DNA of 64,000 nt from Eledone cirrhosa (Eukaryota). Shown here in pieces: positions 30,001 through 45,000 of the stretch (positions are counted from its first letter, which is position 1; every line of letters begins with the position of its first letter). The notes under the pieces were generated by a model that did not search any database, was not told the DNA's origin, and saw only the letters and a list, made by a program, of their open reading frames with translations. Location: assembly GCA_964016885.1 (NCBI GenBank), contig OZ024742.1:44764001-44828000 (forward strand), written 5' to 3'. The translations under genes and the position numbers were made by a program.

Positions 30001-33000
30001 TAGTGATGACAATGTTGATAGTGGTGACAATGTTGATAGTGGTGACAATGTTGATAGTGGTGACAATGTTGATAGTGATGACAATGTTGATAGCGGTGAC
30101 AATGTTGATAGTGGTGACAATGTTGATAGTGGTGACAATGTTGATAGTGATGACAATGTTGATAGCGGTGACAATGTTGATAGTGGTGACAATGTTGATA
30201 GTGATGACAATGTTGATAGTGGTGACAATGTTGATAGTGGTGACAATGTTGATAGTGGTGACAATGTTGATAGTGGTGACAATGTTGATAGTGATGACAA
30301 TGTTGATAGCGGTGACAATGTTGATAGTGGTGACAATGTTGATAGTGGTGACAATGTTGATAGTGATGACAATGTTGATAGCGGTGACAATGTTGATAGT
30401 GGTGACAATGTTGATAGTGGTGACAATGTTGATAGTGGTGACAATGTTGATAGTGGTGACAATGTTGATAGTGGTGACAATGATAGTGGTGACAATGTTG
30501 ATAGTGGTGACAATGTTGATAGTGGTGACAATGTTGATAGTGGTGACAATGTTGATAGTGGTGACAATGTTGATAGTGGTGACAATGATAGTGGTGACAA
30601 TGTTGATAGTGGTCACAATGTTGATAGTGGTGACAATGTTGATAGTGATGACAATGATGATAGTGGTGACAATGATAATGGTGACAATGTTGATAGTGGT
30701 GACAATGTTGATAGTGATGACAATGATGATAGTGATGACAATGTTGATAGTGGTGACAATGTTGATAGTGATGACAATGTTGATAGTGGTGACAATGTTG
30801 ATAGTGGTGACAATGATGATAGTGGTGACAATGATAGTAGTGACAATGTTGAAGGTGGTGACAATGTTGATAGTGGTGACAATGATAGTGGTGACAATGT
30901 TGATAGTGATGACAATGTTGATAGCGGTGACAATGTTGATAGTGGTGACAATGTTGATAGTGGTGACAATGTTGATAGTGATGACAATGATGATAGTGGT
31001 GACAATGTTGATAGTGGTGACAATGTTGATAGTGGTGACAATGTTGATAGTGGTGACAATGATAGTGGTGACAATGTTGATAGTGGTGACAATGTTGATA
31101 GTGGTGACAATGATAGTGGTGACAATGTTGATAGTGGTGACAATGATGATGGTGGTGACAATGTTGATAGTGGTGACAATGTTGATAGTGGTGACAATGT
31201 TGATAGTGGTGACAATGTTGATAGTGGTGACAAGGTTGATAGTGATGACAATGTTGATAGTGGTGACAAGGTTGATAGTGATGACAATAGTGATAGTGGT
31301 GACAATGTTGATAGTGGTGACTATGTTCATAGTGGTGACAATGTTGATAGTGGTGACAATGTTGGTAGTGGTGACAATGTTGATAGTGGTGACAATGTTG
31401 ATAGTGGTGACAATGTTGATAGTGGTGACAATGTTGATAGTGGTGACAATGATAGTGGTGACAATGTTGATAGTGGTGACAATGTTGATAGTGGTGACAA
31501 TGTTGATAGTGGTGACAATGTTGATAGTGGTGACAATGATAGTGGTGACAATGTTGATAGTGGTGACAATGTTGATAGTGGTGACAATGTTGATAGTGAT
31601 GACAATAGTGATAGTGGTGACAATGTTGATAGTGGTGACAATGATAGTGGTGACAATGTTGATAGTGGTGACAATGTTGATAGTGGTGACAATGTTGATA
31701 GTGGTGACAATGTTGATAGTGGTGACAAGGTTGATAGTGATGACAATGTTGATAGTGGTGACAAGGTAGATAGTGATGACAATAGTGATAGTGGTGACAA
31801 TGTTGATAGTGGTGAGAATGATAGTGGTGACAATGTTGATAATGGTGACAATGTTGATAGTGGTGACAATGTTGATAGTGGTGACAATGATGATAGTGGT
31901 GACAATGATGATAGTGGTGACAATGTTGATAGTGGTGACAATGATAGTGGTGACAATGTTGATAGTGGTGACAATGTTGATAGTGGTGACAAGGTTGATA
32001 GTGGTGACATTGTTGATAGTGGTGACAATGATAGTGGTGACAATGTTGATAGTGGTGACAATGTTGATAGTGGTGACAATGTTGATAGTGGTGACAATGT
32101 TGATAGTGGTGACAATGTTGATAGTGGTGACAAGGTTGATAGTGGTGACAATGATAGTGGTGACAATGTTGATAGTGGTGACAATGTTGATAGTGGTGAC
32201 AATGTTGATAGTGATGACAATGTTGATAGTGGGGACAATGTTGATAGTGGTGACAAGGTTGATAGCGGTGACAATGTTGATAGTGGGGACAATGTTGATA
32301 GTGGTGACAAGGTTGATAGTGGTGACAATGATAGTGGTGACAATGTTGATAGTGGTGACAATGTTGATAGTGGGGACAATGTTGATAGTGGTGACAAGGT
32401 TGATAGTGGTGACAATGATAGTGGTGACAATGTTGATAGTGGTGACAATGTTGATAGTGGTGACAATGTTGATAGTGATGACAATGTTGATAGTGGTGAC
32501 AATGTTGATAGTGGTGACATTGTTGATAGTGGTGACAATGTTGATAGAGGTGACAAGGTTGATAGTGATGACAATGTTGATAGTGGTGACAAGGTTGATA
32601 GTGATGACAATATTGATAGTGGTGACAATGTTGATAGTGGTGACAATGTTGATAGTGGTGACAATGTTGATAGTGGTGACAATGTTGATAGTGGTGACAA
32701 TGTTGATAGTGGTGACAATGTTGATAGTGGTGACAATGTTGATAGTGGTGACAATGTTGATAGTGATGACAATGTTGATAGTGGTGACAATGTTGATAGT
32801 GGTGACAATGATGATAGTGGTGACAATGTTGATAGTGGTGACAATGTTGATAGTGGTGACAATGTTGATAGTGGTGACAAGGTTGATAGTGATGACAATG
32901 TTGATAGTGGTGACAAGGTAGATAGTGATGACAATAGTGATAGTGGTGACAATGTTCATAGTGGTGACAATGATAGTGGTGACAATGTTGATAGTGGTGA

Positions 33001-36000
33001 CAATGTTGATAGTGGTGACAATGTTGATAGTGGTGACAATGTTGATAGTGGTGACAATGTTGATAGTGATGACAATGTTGATAGTGGTGACAATGATAGT
33101 GGTGACAATGTTGATAGTGGTGACAATGATAGTGGTGACAATGTTGATAGTGGTGACAATGATGATAGTGGTGACAATGATAGTGGTGACAATGTTGATA
33201 GTGGTGACAATGTTGATAGTGGTGACAATGTTGATAGTGGTGACAATGTTGATAGTGGTGACAATGTTGATAGTGGGGACAATGTTGATAGTGGTGACAA
33301 GGTTGATAGTGGTGACAATGTTGATAGTGGTGACAATGATGATAGTGGTGACAATGATGATAGTGGTGACAATGTTGATAGTGGTGACAATGATAGTGGT
33401 GACAATGTTGATAGTGGTGACAATGTTGATAGAGGTGACAAGGTTGATAGTGATGACACTGTTGATAGTGGTGACAATGTTGATAGTGGTGACAATGATG
33501 ATGGTGGTGACAATGTTGATAGTGGTGACAATGTTGATAGTGGTGACAATGTTGATGGTGGTGACAAGGTTGATAGTGATGACAATATTGATAGTGGTGA
33601 CAATGTTGATAGTGGTGACAATGTTGATAGTGGTGACAATGTTGATAGTGGTGACAATGTTGATAGTGGTGACAATGATAGTGGTGACAATGTTGATAGT
33701 GGTGACAATGATGATATTGGTGACAATGTTCATAGTGGTGACAATTTTGATTGTGGTGACAATGTTGATAGTGGTGACAATGTTGATAGTGGTGACAATG
33801 TTGATAGTGGGGACAATGTTGATAGTGGTGACAAGGTTGATAGTGGTGACAATGATGATAGTGGTGACAATGATGATAGTGGTGACAATGTTGATAGTGG
33901 TGACAATGATAGTGGTGACAATGTTGATAGTGGTGACAATGTTGATAGTGGTGACAAGGTTGATAGTGGTGACAATGATGATAGTGGTGACAATGTTGAT
34001 AGTGGTGACAATGTTGATAGTGGTGACAATGATAGTGGTGACAATGTTGATAGTGGTGACAATGTTGATAGTGGTGACAATGATAGTGGTGACAATGATA
34101 GTGGTGACAATGTTGATAGCGGTGACAATGTTGATAGTGGTGACAATGATAGTGGTGCCAATGTTGATAGTGGTGACAATGTTGATAGTGGTGACAATGT
34201 TGATAGTGGTGACAATGATAGTGGTGACAATGTTGATAGTGGTGACAATGTTGATAGTGGTGACAATATTGATAGTGGTGACAATGTTGATAGTGGTGAT
34301 GATGTTGATAGTGGTGACAATGATAGTGGTGACAATGTTGATAGTGGTGACAATGTTGATAGTGGTGACAATGTTGATAGTGGTGACAATGATGATAGTG
34401 GTAACAATGATAGTAGTGACAATGTTGAAGGTGGTGACAATGTTGATAGTGGTGACAATGTTGATAGTGGGGACAATGTTGATAGTGGTGACAACGTTGA
34501 TAGTGGTGACAATGTTGATAGTGGTGACAATGTTGATAGTGGGGACAATGTTGATAGTGGTGACAATGTTGATAGTGGTGACAAGGTTGATAGTGGTGAC
34601 AAGGTTGATAGTGGTGACAATGTTGATAGTGCTGACAATGTTGATAGTGGTGACAATGTTGATAGTGGTGACAATGATAGTGGTGACAATGTTGATAATG
34701 GTGACAATGTTGATAATGGTGACAATGTTGATAGTGGTGACAATGTTGATAGTGGTGACAATGTTGATAGTGGTGACAATGTTGATAGCGGTGACAATGT
34801 TGATAGTGGTGACAATGTTGATAGTGGTGACAATGTTGATAATGGTGACAATGTTGATAGTGGTGACAATGTTGATAGTGGTGACAATGTTGATAGTGGT
34901 GACAATGTTGATAGTGGTGACAATGTTGATAGTGGTGACAATGATAGTGGTGACAATGTTGATAGTGGTGACAATGTTGATAGTGGTGACAATGATAGTG
35001 GTGACAATGTTGATAGTGGTGACAATGATGATGGTGGTGACAATGTTGATAGTGGTGACAATGTTGATAGTGGTGACAATGTTGATAGTGGTGACAATGT
35101 TGATAGTGGTGACAAGGTTGATAGTGATGACAATGTTGATAGTGGTGACAAGGTTGATAGTGGTGACAATGTTGATAGTGGTGACAATGTTGATAGTGGT
35201 GACAATGTTGATAGTGGTGACAAGGTTGATAGTGATGACAATAGTGATAGTGGTGACAATGTTGATAGTGGTGACTATGTTCATAGTGGTGACAATGTTG
35301 ATAGTGGTGACAATGTTGGTAGTGGTGACAATGTTGATAGTGGTGACAATGTTGATAGTGGTGACAATGTTGATAGTGGTGACAATGATGATGGTGGTGA
35401 CAATGTTGATAGTGGTGACAATGTTGATAGTGGTGACAATGATGATGGTGGTGACAATGTTGATAGTGGTGACAATGTTGATAGTGGTGACAATGTTGAT
35501 AGTGGTGACAATGTTGATAGTGGTGACAAGGTTGATAGTGATGACAATGTTGATAGTGGTGACAAGGTTGATAGTGGTGACAATGTTGATAGTGGTGACA
35601 ATGTTGATAGTGGTGACAATGTTGATAGTGGTGACAAGGTTGATAGTGATGACAATAGTGATAGTGGTGACAATGTTGATAGTGGTGACTATGTTCATAG
35701 TGGTGACAATGTTGATAGTGGTGACAATGTTGGTAGTGGTGACAATGTTGATAGTGGTGACAATGTTGATAGTGGTGACAATGATAGTGGTGACAATGTT
35801 GATAATGGTGACAATGTTGATAATGGTGACAATGTTGATAGTGGTGACAATGTTGATAGTGGTGACAATGTTGATAGTGGTGACAATGTTGATAGTGGTG
35901 ACAATGATAGTGGTGACAATGTTGATAATGGTGACAATGTTGATAATGGTGACAATGTTGATAGTGGTGACAATGTTGATAGTGGTGACAATGTTGATAG

Positions 36001-39000
36001 TGGTGACAATGTTGATAGTGGTGACAATGTTGATAGTGGTGACAATGTTGATAGTGATGACAATGTTGATAGTGGTGACAATGTTGATAGTGGTGACAAT
36101 GTTGATAATGGTGACAATGTTGATAGTGGTGACAATGTTGATAGTGGTGACAATGTTGATAGTGATGACAATGTTGATAGTGGTGACAATGTTGATAGTG
36201 GTGACAATGTTGATAGTGGTGACAATGTTGATAGTGATGACAATGTTGATAGTGATGACAATGTTGATAGTGGTGACAATGTTGATAGTGGTGACAATGT
36301 TGATAGTGGTGACAATGTTGATAGTGGTGACAATGTTGATAGTGATGACAATGTTGATAGCGGTGACAATGTTGATAGTGGTGACAATGTTGATAGTGGT
36401 GACAATGTTGATAGTGATGACAATGTTGATAGCGGTGACAATGTTGATAGTGGTGACAATGTTGATAGTGGTGACAATGTTGATAGTGGTGACAATGTTG
36501 ATAGTGGTGACAATGTTGATAGTGGTGACAATGATAGTGGTGACAATGTTGATAGTGGTCACAATGTTGATAGTGGTGACAATGTTGATAGTGATGACAA
36601 TGATGATAGTGGTGACAATGATAATGGTGACAATGTTGACAGTGGTGACAATGTTGATAGTGGTGACAATGTTGATAGTGATGACAATGATGATAGTGAT
36701 GACAATGTTGATAGTGGTGACAATGTTGATAGTGATGACAATGTTGATAGTGGTGACAATGTTGATAGTGGTGACAATGATGATAGTGGTGACAATGATA
36801 GTAGTGACAATGTTGAAGGTGGTGACAATGTTGATAGTGGTGACAATGATAGTGGTGACAATGTTGATAGTGATGACAATGTTGATAGCGGTGACAATGT
36901 TGATAGTGGTGACAATGTTGATAGTGGTGACAATGTTGATAGTGATGACAATGATGATAGTGGTGACAATGTTGATAGTGGTGACAATGTTGATAGTGGT
37001 GACAATGTTGATAGTGGTGACAATGATAGTGGTGACAATGTTGATAGTGGTGACAATGTTGATAGTGGTGACAATGATAGTGGTGACAATGTTGATAGTG
37101 GTGACAATGATGATGGTGGTGACAATGTTGATAGTGGTGACAATGTTGATAGTGGTGACAATGTTGATAGTGGTGACAATGTTGATAGTGGTGACAAGGT
37201 TGATAGTGATGACAATGTTGATAGTGGTGACAAGGTTGATAGTGATGACAATAGTGATAGTGGTGACAATGTTGATAGTGGTGACTATGTTGATAGTGGT
37301 GACAATGTTGATAGTGGTGACAATGTTGGTAGTGGTGACAATGTTGATAGTGGTGACAATGTTGATAGTGGTGACAATGTTGATAGTGGTGACAATGTTG
37401 ATAGTGGTGACAATGATAGTGGTGACAATGTTGATAGTGGTGACAATGTTGATAGTGGTGACAATGTTGATAGTGGTGACAATGTTGATAGTGGTGACAA
37501 TGATAGTGGTGACAATGTTGATAGTGGTGACAATGTTGATAGTGGTGACAATGTTGATAGTGATGACAATAGTGATAGTGGTGACAATGTTGATAGTGGT
37601 GACAATGATAGTGGTGACAATGTTGATAGTGGTGACAATGTTGATAGTGGTGACAATGTTGATAGTGGTGACAATGTTGATAGTGGTGACAAGGTTGATA
37701 GTGATGACAATGTTGATAGTGGTGACAAGGTAGATAGTGATGACAATAGTGATAGTGGTGACAATGTTGATAGTGGTGAGAATGATAGTGGTGACAATGT
37801 TGATAATGGTGACAATGTTGATAGTGGTGACAATGTTGATAGTGGTGACAATGATGATAGTGGTGACAATGATGATAGTGGTGACAATGTTGATAGTGGT
37901 GACAATGATAGTGGTGACAATGTTGATAGTGGTGACAATGTTGATAGTGGTGACAAGGTTGATAGTGGTGACATTGTTGATAGTGGTGACAATGATAGTG
38001 GTGACAATGTTGATAGTGGTGACAATGTTGATAGTTGTGACAATGTTGATAGTGGTGACAATGTTGATAGTGGTGACAATGTTGATAGTGGTGACAAGGT
38101 TGATAGTGGTGACAATGATAGTGGTGACAATGTTGATAGTGGTGACAATGTTGATAGTGGTGACAATGTTGATAGTGATGACAATGTTGATAGTGGGGAC
38201 AATGTTGATAGTGGTGACAAGGTTGATAGCGGTGACAATGTTGATAGTGGGGACAATGTTGATAGTGGTGACAAGGTTGATAGTGGTGACAATGATGATA
38301 GTGGTGACAATGATGATAGTGGTGACAATGTTGATAGTGGTGACAATGTTGATAGTGGTGACAATGTTGATAGTGGTGACAATGTTGATAGTGGTGACAA
38401 TGTTGATAGTGGTGACAATGTTGATAGTGGGGACAATGTTGATAGTGGTGACAAGGTTGATAGCGGTGACAATGATAGTGGTGACAATGTTGATAGTGGT
38501 GACAATGTTGATAGTGGTGACAATGTTGATAGTGATGACAATGTTGATAGTGGTGACAATGTTGATAGTGGTGACATTGTTGATAGTGGTGACAATGTTG
38601 ATAGAGGTGACAAGGTTGATAGTGATGACAATGTTGATAGTGGTGACAAGGTTGATAGTGATGACAATATTGATAGTGGTGACAATGTTGATAGTGGTGA
38701 CAATGTTGATAGTGGTGACAATGTTGATAGTGGTGACAATGTTGATAGTGGTGACAATGTTGATAGTGGTGACAATGTTGATAGTGGTGACAATGTTGAT
38801 AGTGGTGACAATGTTGATAGTGATGACAATGTTGATAGTGGTGACAATGTTGATAGTGGTGACAATGATGATAGTGGTGACAATGTTGATAGTGGTGACA
38901 ATGTTGATAGTGGTGACAATGTTGATAGTGGTGACAAGGTTGATAGTGATGACAATGTTGATAGTGGTGACAAGGTAGATAGTGATGACAATAGTGATAG

Positions 39001-42000
39001 TGGTGACAATGTTCATAGTGGTGACAATGATAGTGGTGACAATGTTGATAGTGGTGACAATGTTGATAGTGGTGACAATGTTGATAGTGGTGACAATGAT
39101 GATAGTGGTGACAATGTTGATAGTGGTGACAATGATAGTGGTGACAATGTTGATAGTGGTGACAATGTTGATAGTGGTGACAATGTTGATAGTGGTGACA
39201 ATGTTGAAGGTGGTGACAATGTTGATAGTGGGGACAATGTTGATAGTGGTGACAAGGTTGATAGTGGGGACAATGTTGATAGAGGTGACAAGGTTGATAG
39301 TGATGACAATGTTGATAGTGGTGACAAGGTTGATAGTGGTGACAATGTTGATAGTGGTGACAATGCTGATAGTGATGACAATGTTGATAGTGGTGACAAT
39401 GTTGATAGTGGTGACAATGATGATAGTGGTGACAATGATGATAGTGGTAACAATGTTGATAGTGGTGACAATGTTGATAGTGGTGACAATGTTGATAGTG
39501 GTGACAATGCTGATAGTGATGACAATGTTGATAGTGGTGACAATATTGATAGTGGTGACAATGTTGATAGTGGTGACAATGTTGATAGTGGTGACAATGT
39601 TGATAGTGGTGACAATGTTGATAGTGGTGACAATGTTGATAGTGGTGACAATGTTGATAGTGGTGACAATGCTGATAGTGATGACAATGTTGATAGTGGT
39701 GACAATGTTGATAGTGGTGACAATGATGATAGTGGTGACAATGATGATAGTGACGACAATGTTGATAGTGGTGACAATGTTGATAGTGGTGACAATGTTG
39801 ATAGTGGTGACAATGTTGATAGTGGTGACAATGTTGATAGTGGTGACAATGTTGATAGTGGTGACAATGTTGATAGTGGTAACAATGATGATAGTGGTGA
39901 CAATGTTGATAGTGGTGACAAGGTTGATAGTGATGACAATGTTGATAGTGGTGACAAGGTTGATAGTGATGACAATGTTGATAGTGGTGACAAGGTTGAT
40001 AGTGATGACAATGTTGATAGTGGTGACAAGGTTGATAGTGATGACAATGATAGTGGTGACAATGTTGATAGTGGTGACAATGTTGATAGTGGTGACAATG
40101 TTGCTAGTGGTGACAATGATAGTGGTGACAATGTTGATAGTGGTGACAATGTTGATAGTGGTGACAATGTTGATAGTGGTGACAATATGGATAGTGGTGA
40201 CAATGATGATAGTGGTGACAATGTTGATAGTGGTGACAATGTTGATAGTGGTGACAATGATGATAGTGATGACAATGTTGATAGTGGTGACAATGTTGAT
40301 AGTGGTGACAATGATGATAGTGATGACAATGTTGATAGTGGTGACAATGATAGTGGTGACAATGATGATAGTGGTGACAATGTTGATAGTGGTGACAATG
40401 TTGATAGTGATGACAATGTTGATAGTGGTGACAATGATGATAGTGATGACAATGTTGATAGTGGTGACAATGTTGATAGTGGTGACAATGATAGTGGTGA
40501 CAATGTTGATAGTGGTGACAATGTTGATAGTGGTGACAATGTTGATAGTGGTGACAATGTTGATAGTGGTGACAATGTTGATAGTGGTGACAATGATAGT
40601 GGTGACAATGATAGTGGTGACAATGATAGTGGTGACAATGTTGATTGTGGTGACAATGTTGATAGTGGTGACAATGTTGATGGTGGTGACAATGTTGATA
40701 GTGGTGACAATGTTGATAGTGGTGACAATGTTGATAGTGGTGACAATGTTGATAGTGGTGACAATGATAGTGGTGACAATGTTGAAAGTGGTGACAATGT
40801 TGATAGTGGTGACAATGTTGATAGTGGTGACAATGTTGATAGTGGTGACAATGTTGATAGTGGTGACAATGTTGATAGTGGTGACAATGTTGATAGTGGT
40901 GACAATGATAGTGGTAACAATGTTGATAGTGGTGACAATGTTGATAGTGGTGACAATGTTGATAGTGGTGACAATGTTGATAGTGGTGACAATGTTGATA
41001 GTGGTGACAATGTTGATAGTGGTGACAATGTTGATAGTGGTGACAATGATAGTGGTGACAATGTTGATAGTGGTGACAATGTTGATAGTGGTGACAATGT
41101 TGATAGTGGTGACAATGTTGATAGTGGTGACAATGTTGATAGTGGTGACAATGTTGATAGTGGTGACAATGTTGAAAGTGGTGACAATGTTGATAGTGGT
41201 GACAATGTTGATAGTGGTGACACGGTTGATAGTGGTGACAATGTTGAAAGTGGTGACAATGTTGATAGTGGTGACAATGTTGATAGTGGTGACAATGTTG
41301 AAAGTGGTGACAATGTTGATAGTGGTGACAATGTTGATAGTGGTGACAATGTTGAAATTGGTCACAATGTTGATAGTGGTGACAATGATGATAGTGGTGA
41401 CAACGTTGATAGTGGTGACAATGTTGATAGTGGTGACAATGATGATAGTGGTGACAATGTTGATAGTGGTGACAATGTTGATAGTGGTCACAATGTTGAT
41501 AGTGGTGACAATGATGATAGTGGTGACAATGATGATAGTGGTGACAATGATAGTGGTGACAATGTTGATAGTGGTGACGATGATAGTGGTGACAATGTTG
41601 ATAGTGGTGACAATGTTGATAGTGGTGACAATGTTGATAATGGTGACAATGTTGATAGTGGTGACAATGTTGATAGTGAGTACAATGTTGATAGTGGTGA
41701 CAATGATAGTGGTGACAATGATAGTGGTGACAATGTTGATAGTGGTGACAATGTTGATAGAGGTGACAATGTTGATAGTGGTGACAATGTTGATAGTGGT
41801 GACAATGATAGTGGTGACAATGTTGATAATGGTGACAATGTTGATAGTGGTGACAATGTTGATAGTGGTGACAATGTTGATAGTGGTGACAATGATAGTG
41901 GTGACAATGTTGATAGTGGTGACAATGTTGATAGTGGTGAAAATGTTGATAGTGGTGACAATGATGATAGTGGTGACAATGATGATAGTGGTGACAATGA

Positions 42001-45000
42001 TAGTGGTGACAATGTTGATAGTGGTGACAATGATAGTGGTGACAATGTTGATAATGGTGACAATGTTGATAGCGGTGACAATGTTGATAGCGGTGACAAT
42101 GTTGATAGTGGTGACAAGGTTGATAGTGATGACAATGATGATAGTGATGACAATGTTGATAGTGGTGACAATGATAGTGGTGACAATGATGATACTGGTG
42201 ACAATATGGATAGTGGTGACAATGATGATAGTGATGACAATGTTGATAGTGGTGACAATGATGATAGTGGTGACAATGTTGATAGCTGTGACAATGTTGA
42301 TAGTGGTGACAAGGTTGATAGTGATGACAATGATGATAGTGATGACAATGTTGATAGTGGTGACAATGATGATAGTGGTGACAATGTTGATAGTGGTGAC
42401 AATGTTGATAGTGGTGACAATGATAGTGGTGACAATGATGATACTGGTGACAATGATGATAGTGATGACAATGTTGATAGTGGTGACAATGATGATAGTG
42501 ATGACAATGTTGATAGTGGTGACAATGATAGTGGTGACAATGTTGATAGTGGTGACAATGTTGATGGTGGTGACAATGTTGATAGTGGTGACAATGTTGA
42601 TAGTGGTGACAAGGTTGATAGTGGTGACAATGTTGATGGTGGTGAAAATGTTGATAGTGGTCACAATGATGATAGTGGTGACAATGATGATAGTGGTGTC
42701 AATGATAGTGGTGACAATATTGATAGTGGTGACAATGTTGATAGTGGTGACAATGATGATAGTGGTGTCAATGATAGTGGTGACAATGATGATAGTGGTG
42801 ACAATGTTGATAGTGGTGACAATGTTGATAGTGGTGACAATGTTGATAGTGGTGACGATGATAGTGGTGACAATGATAGTGGTGACAATGATGATAGTGA
42901 TGACAATGTTGATAGTGGTGACAATGATAGTGGTGACAATGTTGATAGTGGTGACAATGTTGATGGTGGTGACAATGTTGATAGTGGTGACAATGTTGAT
43001 AGTGGTGACAATGTTGATAGTGGTGACAATGTTGATGGTGGTGACAATGTTGATAGTGGTCACAATGATGATAGTGGTGACAATGATGATAGTGGTGTCA
43101 ATGATAGTGGTGACAATGTTGATAGTGGTGACAATGTTGATAGTGGTGACAATGTTGATGGTGGTGACAATGTTGATAGTGGTGACAATGTTGATAGTGG
43201 TGACAATGTTGATAGTGGTGACAATGTTGATAGTGGTGACAATGTTGATAGTGGTGACAATGTTGATAGTGGTGACAATGATGATAGTGGTGTCAATGAT
43301 ATTGGTGACAATGATGATAGTGGTGACAATGTTGATAGTGGTGACAATGTTGATGGTGGTGACAATGTTGATAGTGGTGACAATGATGATAGTGGTGACA
43401 ATGATGATAGTGATGACAATGTTGATAGTGGTGACAATGTTGATAGTGGTGACAATGTTGATAGTGGTGACAATGTTGATAGTGGTGACAATGTTGATAG
43501 TGGTGACAATGATAGTGGTGACAATGATAGTGGTGACAATGATAGTGGTGACAATGATGATACTGGTGACAATATGGATAGTGGTGACAATGTTGATAGT
43601 GGTGACAATGTTGATAGTGGTGACAATGATAGTGGTGACAATGATGATACTGGTGACAATGATGATAGTGATGACAATGTTGATAGTGATGACAATGTTG
43701 ATGGTGGTGACAATGTTGATAGTGGTGACAATGTTGATAGTGGTGACAATGTTGATAGTGGTGACAATGTTGATGGTGGTGACAATGTTGATAGTGGTGA
43801 CAATGTTGATAGTGGTGACAATGTTGATAGTGGTGACAATGTTGATGGTGGTGACAATGTTGATAGTGGTCACAATGATGATAGTGGTGACAATGATGAT
43901 AGTGGTGTCAATGATAGTGGTGACAATATTGATAGTGGTGACAATGTTGATAGTGGTGACAATGATGATAGTGGTGTCAATGATAGTGGTGACAATGATG
44001 ATAGTGGTGACAATGTTGATAGTGGTGACAATGTTGATAGTGGTGACAATGTTGATAGTGGTGACGATGATAGTGGTGACAATGTTGATAGTGGTGACAA
44101 TGTTGATAGTGGTGACAATGTTGATAGTGGTGACAATGTTGATAGTGGTGACAATGTTGATAGTGGTGACAATGTTGATGGTGGTGACAATGTTGATAGT
44201 GGTGACAATGATGATAGTGGTGACAATGTTGATAGTGGTGACAATGATAGTGGTGACTATGTTGATAGTGGTGACAATGATGATAGTGATGACAATGTTG
44301 ATAGTGGTGACAATGATAGTGGTGACAATGTTGATAGTGGTGACAATGATGATAGTGGTGACAATGTTGATAGTGGTGACAATGTTGATAGTGGTGACAA
44401 TGATAGTGGTGACAATGATGATACTGGTGACAATGATGATAGTGATGACAATGTTGATAGTGGTGACAATGATGATAGTGATGACAATGTTGATAGTGGT
44501 GACAATGATGATAGTGATGACAATGTTGATAGTGGTGACAATGTTGATAGTGGTGACAATGTTGATAGTGGTGACAATGTTGATAGTGGTGACAATGTTG
44601 ATAGTGGTGACAATGTTGATAGTGGTGACAATGTTGATAGTGGTGACAATGTTGATAGTGGTGACAATGTTGATAGTGGTGACAATGTTGATAGTGGTGA
44701 CAATGTTGATAGTGGTGACAATGTTGATAGTGGTGACAATGATGATAGTGGTGACAATGTTGAAAGTGGTGACAATGTTGATAGTGGTGACAATGTTGAT
44801 AGTGGTGACAATGATAGTGGTGACAATGATGATACTGGTGACAATGATGATAGTGATGACAATGTTGATAGTGATGACAATGTTGATGGTGGTGACAATG
44901 TTGATAGTGGTGACAATGTTGATAGTGGTGACAATGTTGATAGTGGTGACAATGTTGATGGTGGTGACAATGTTGATAGTGGTGACAATGTTGATAGTGG

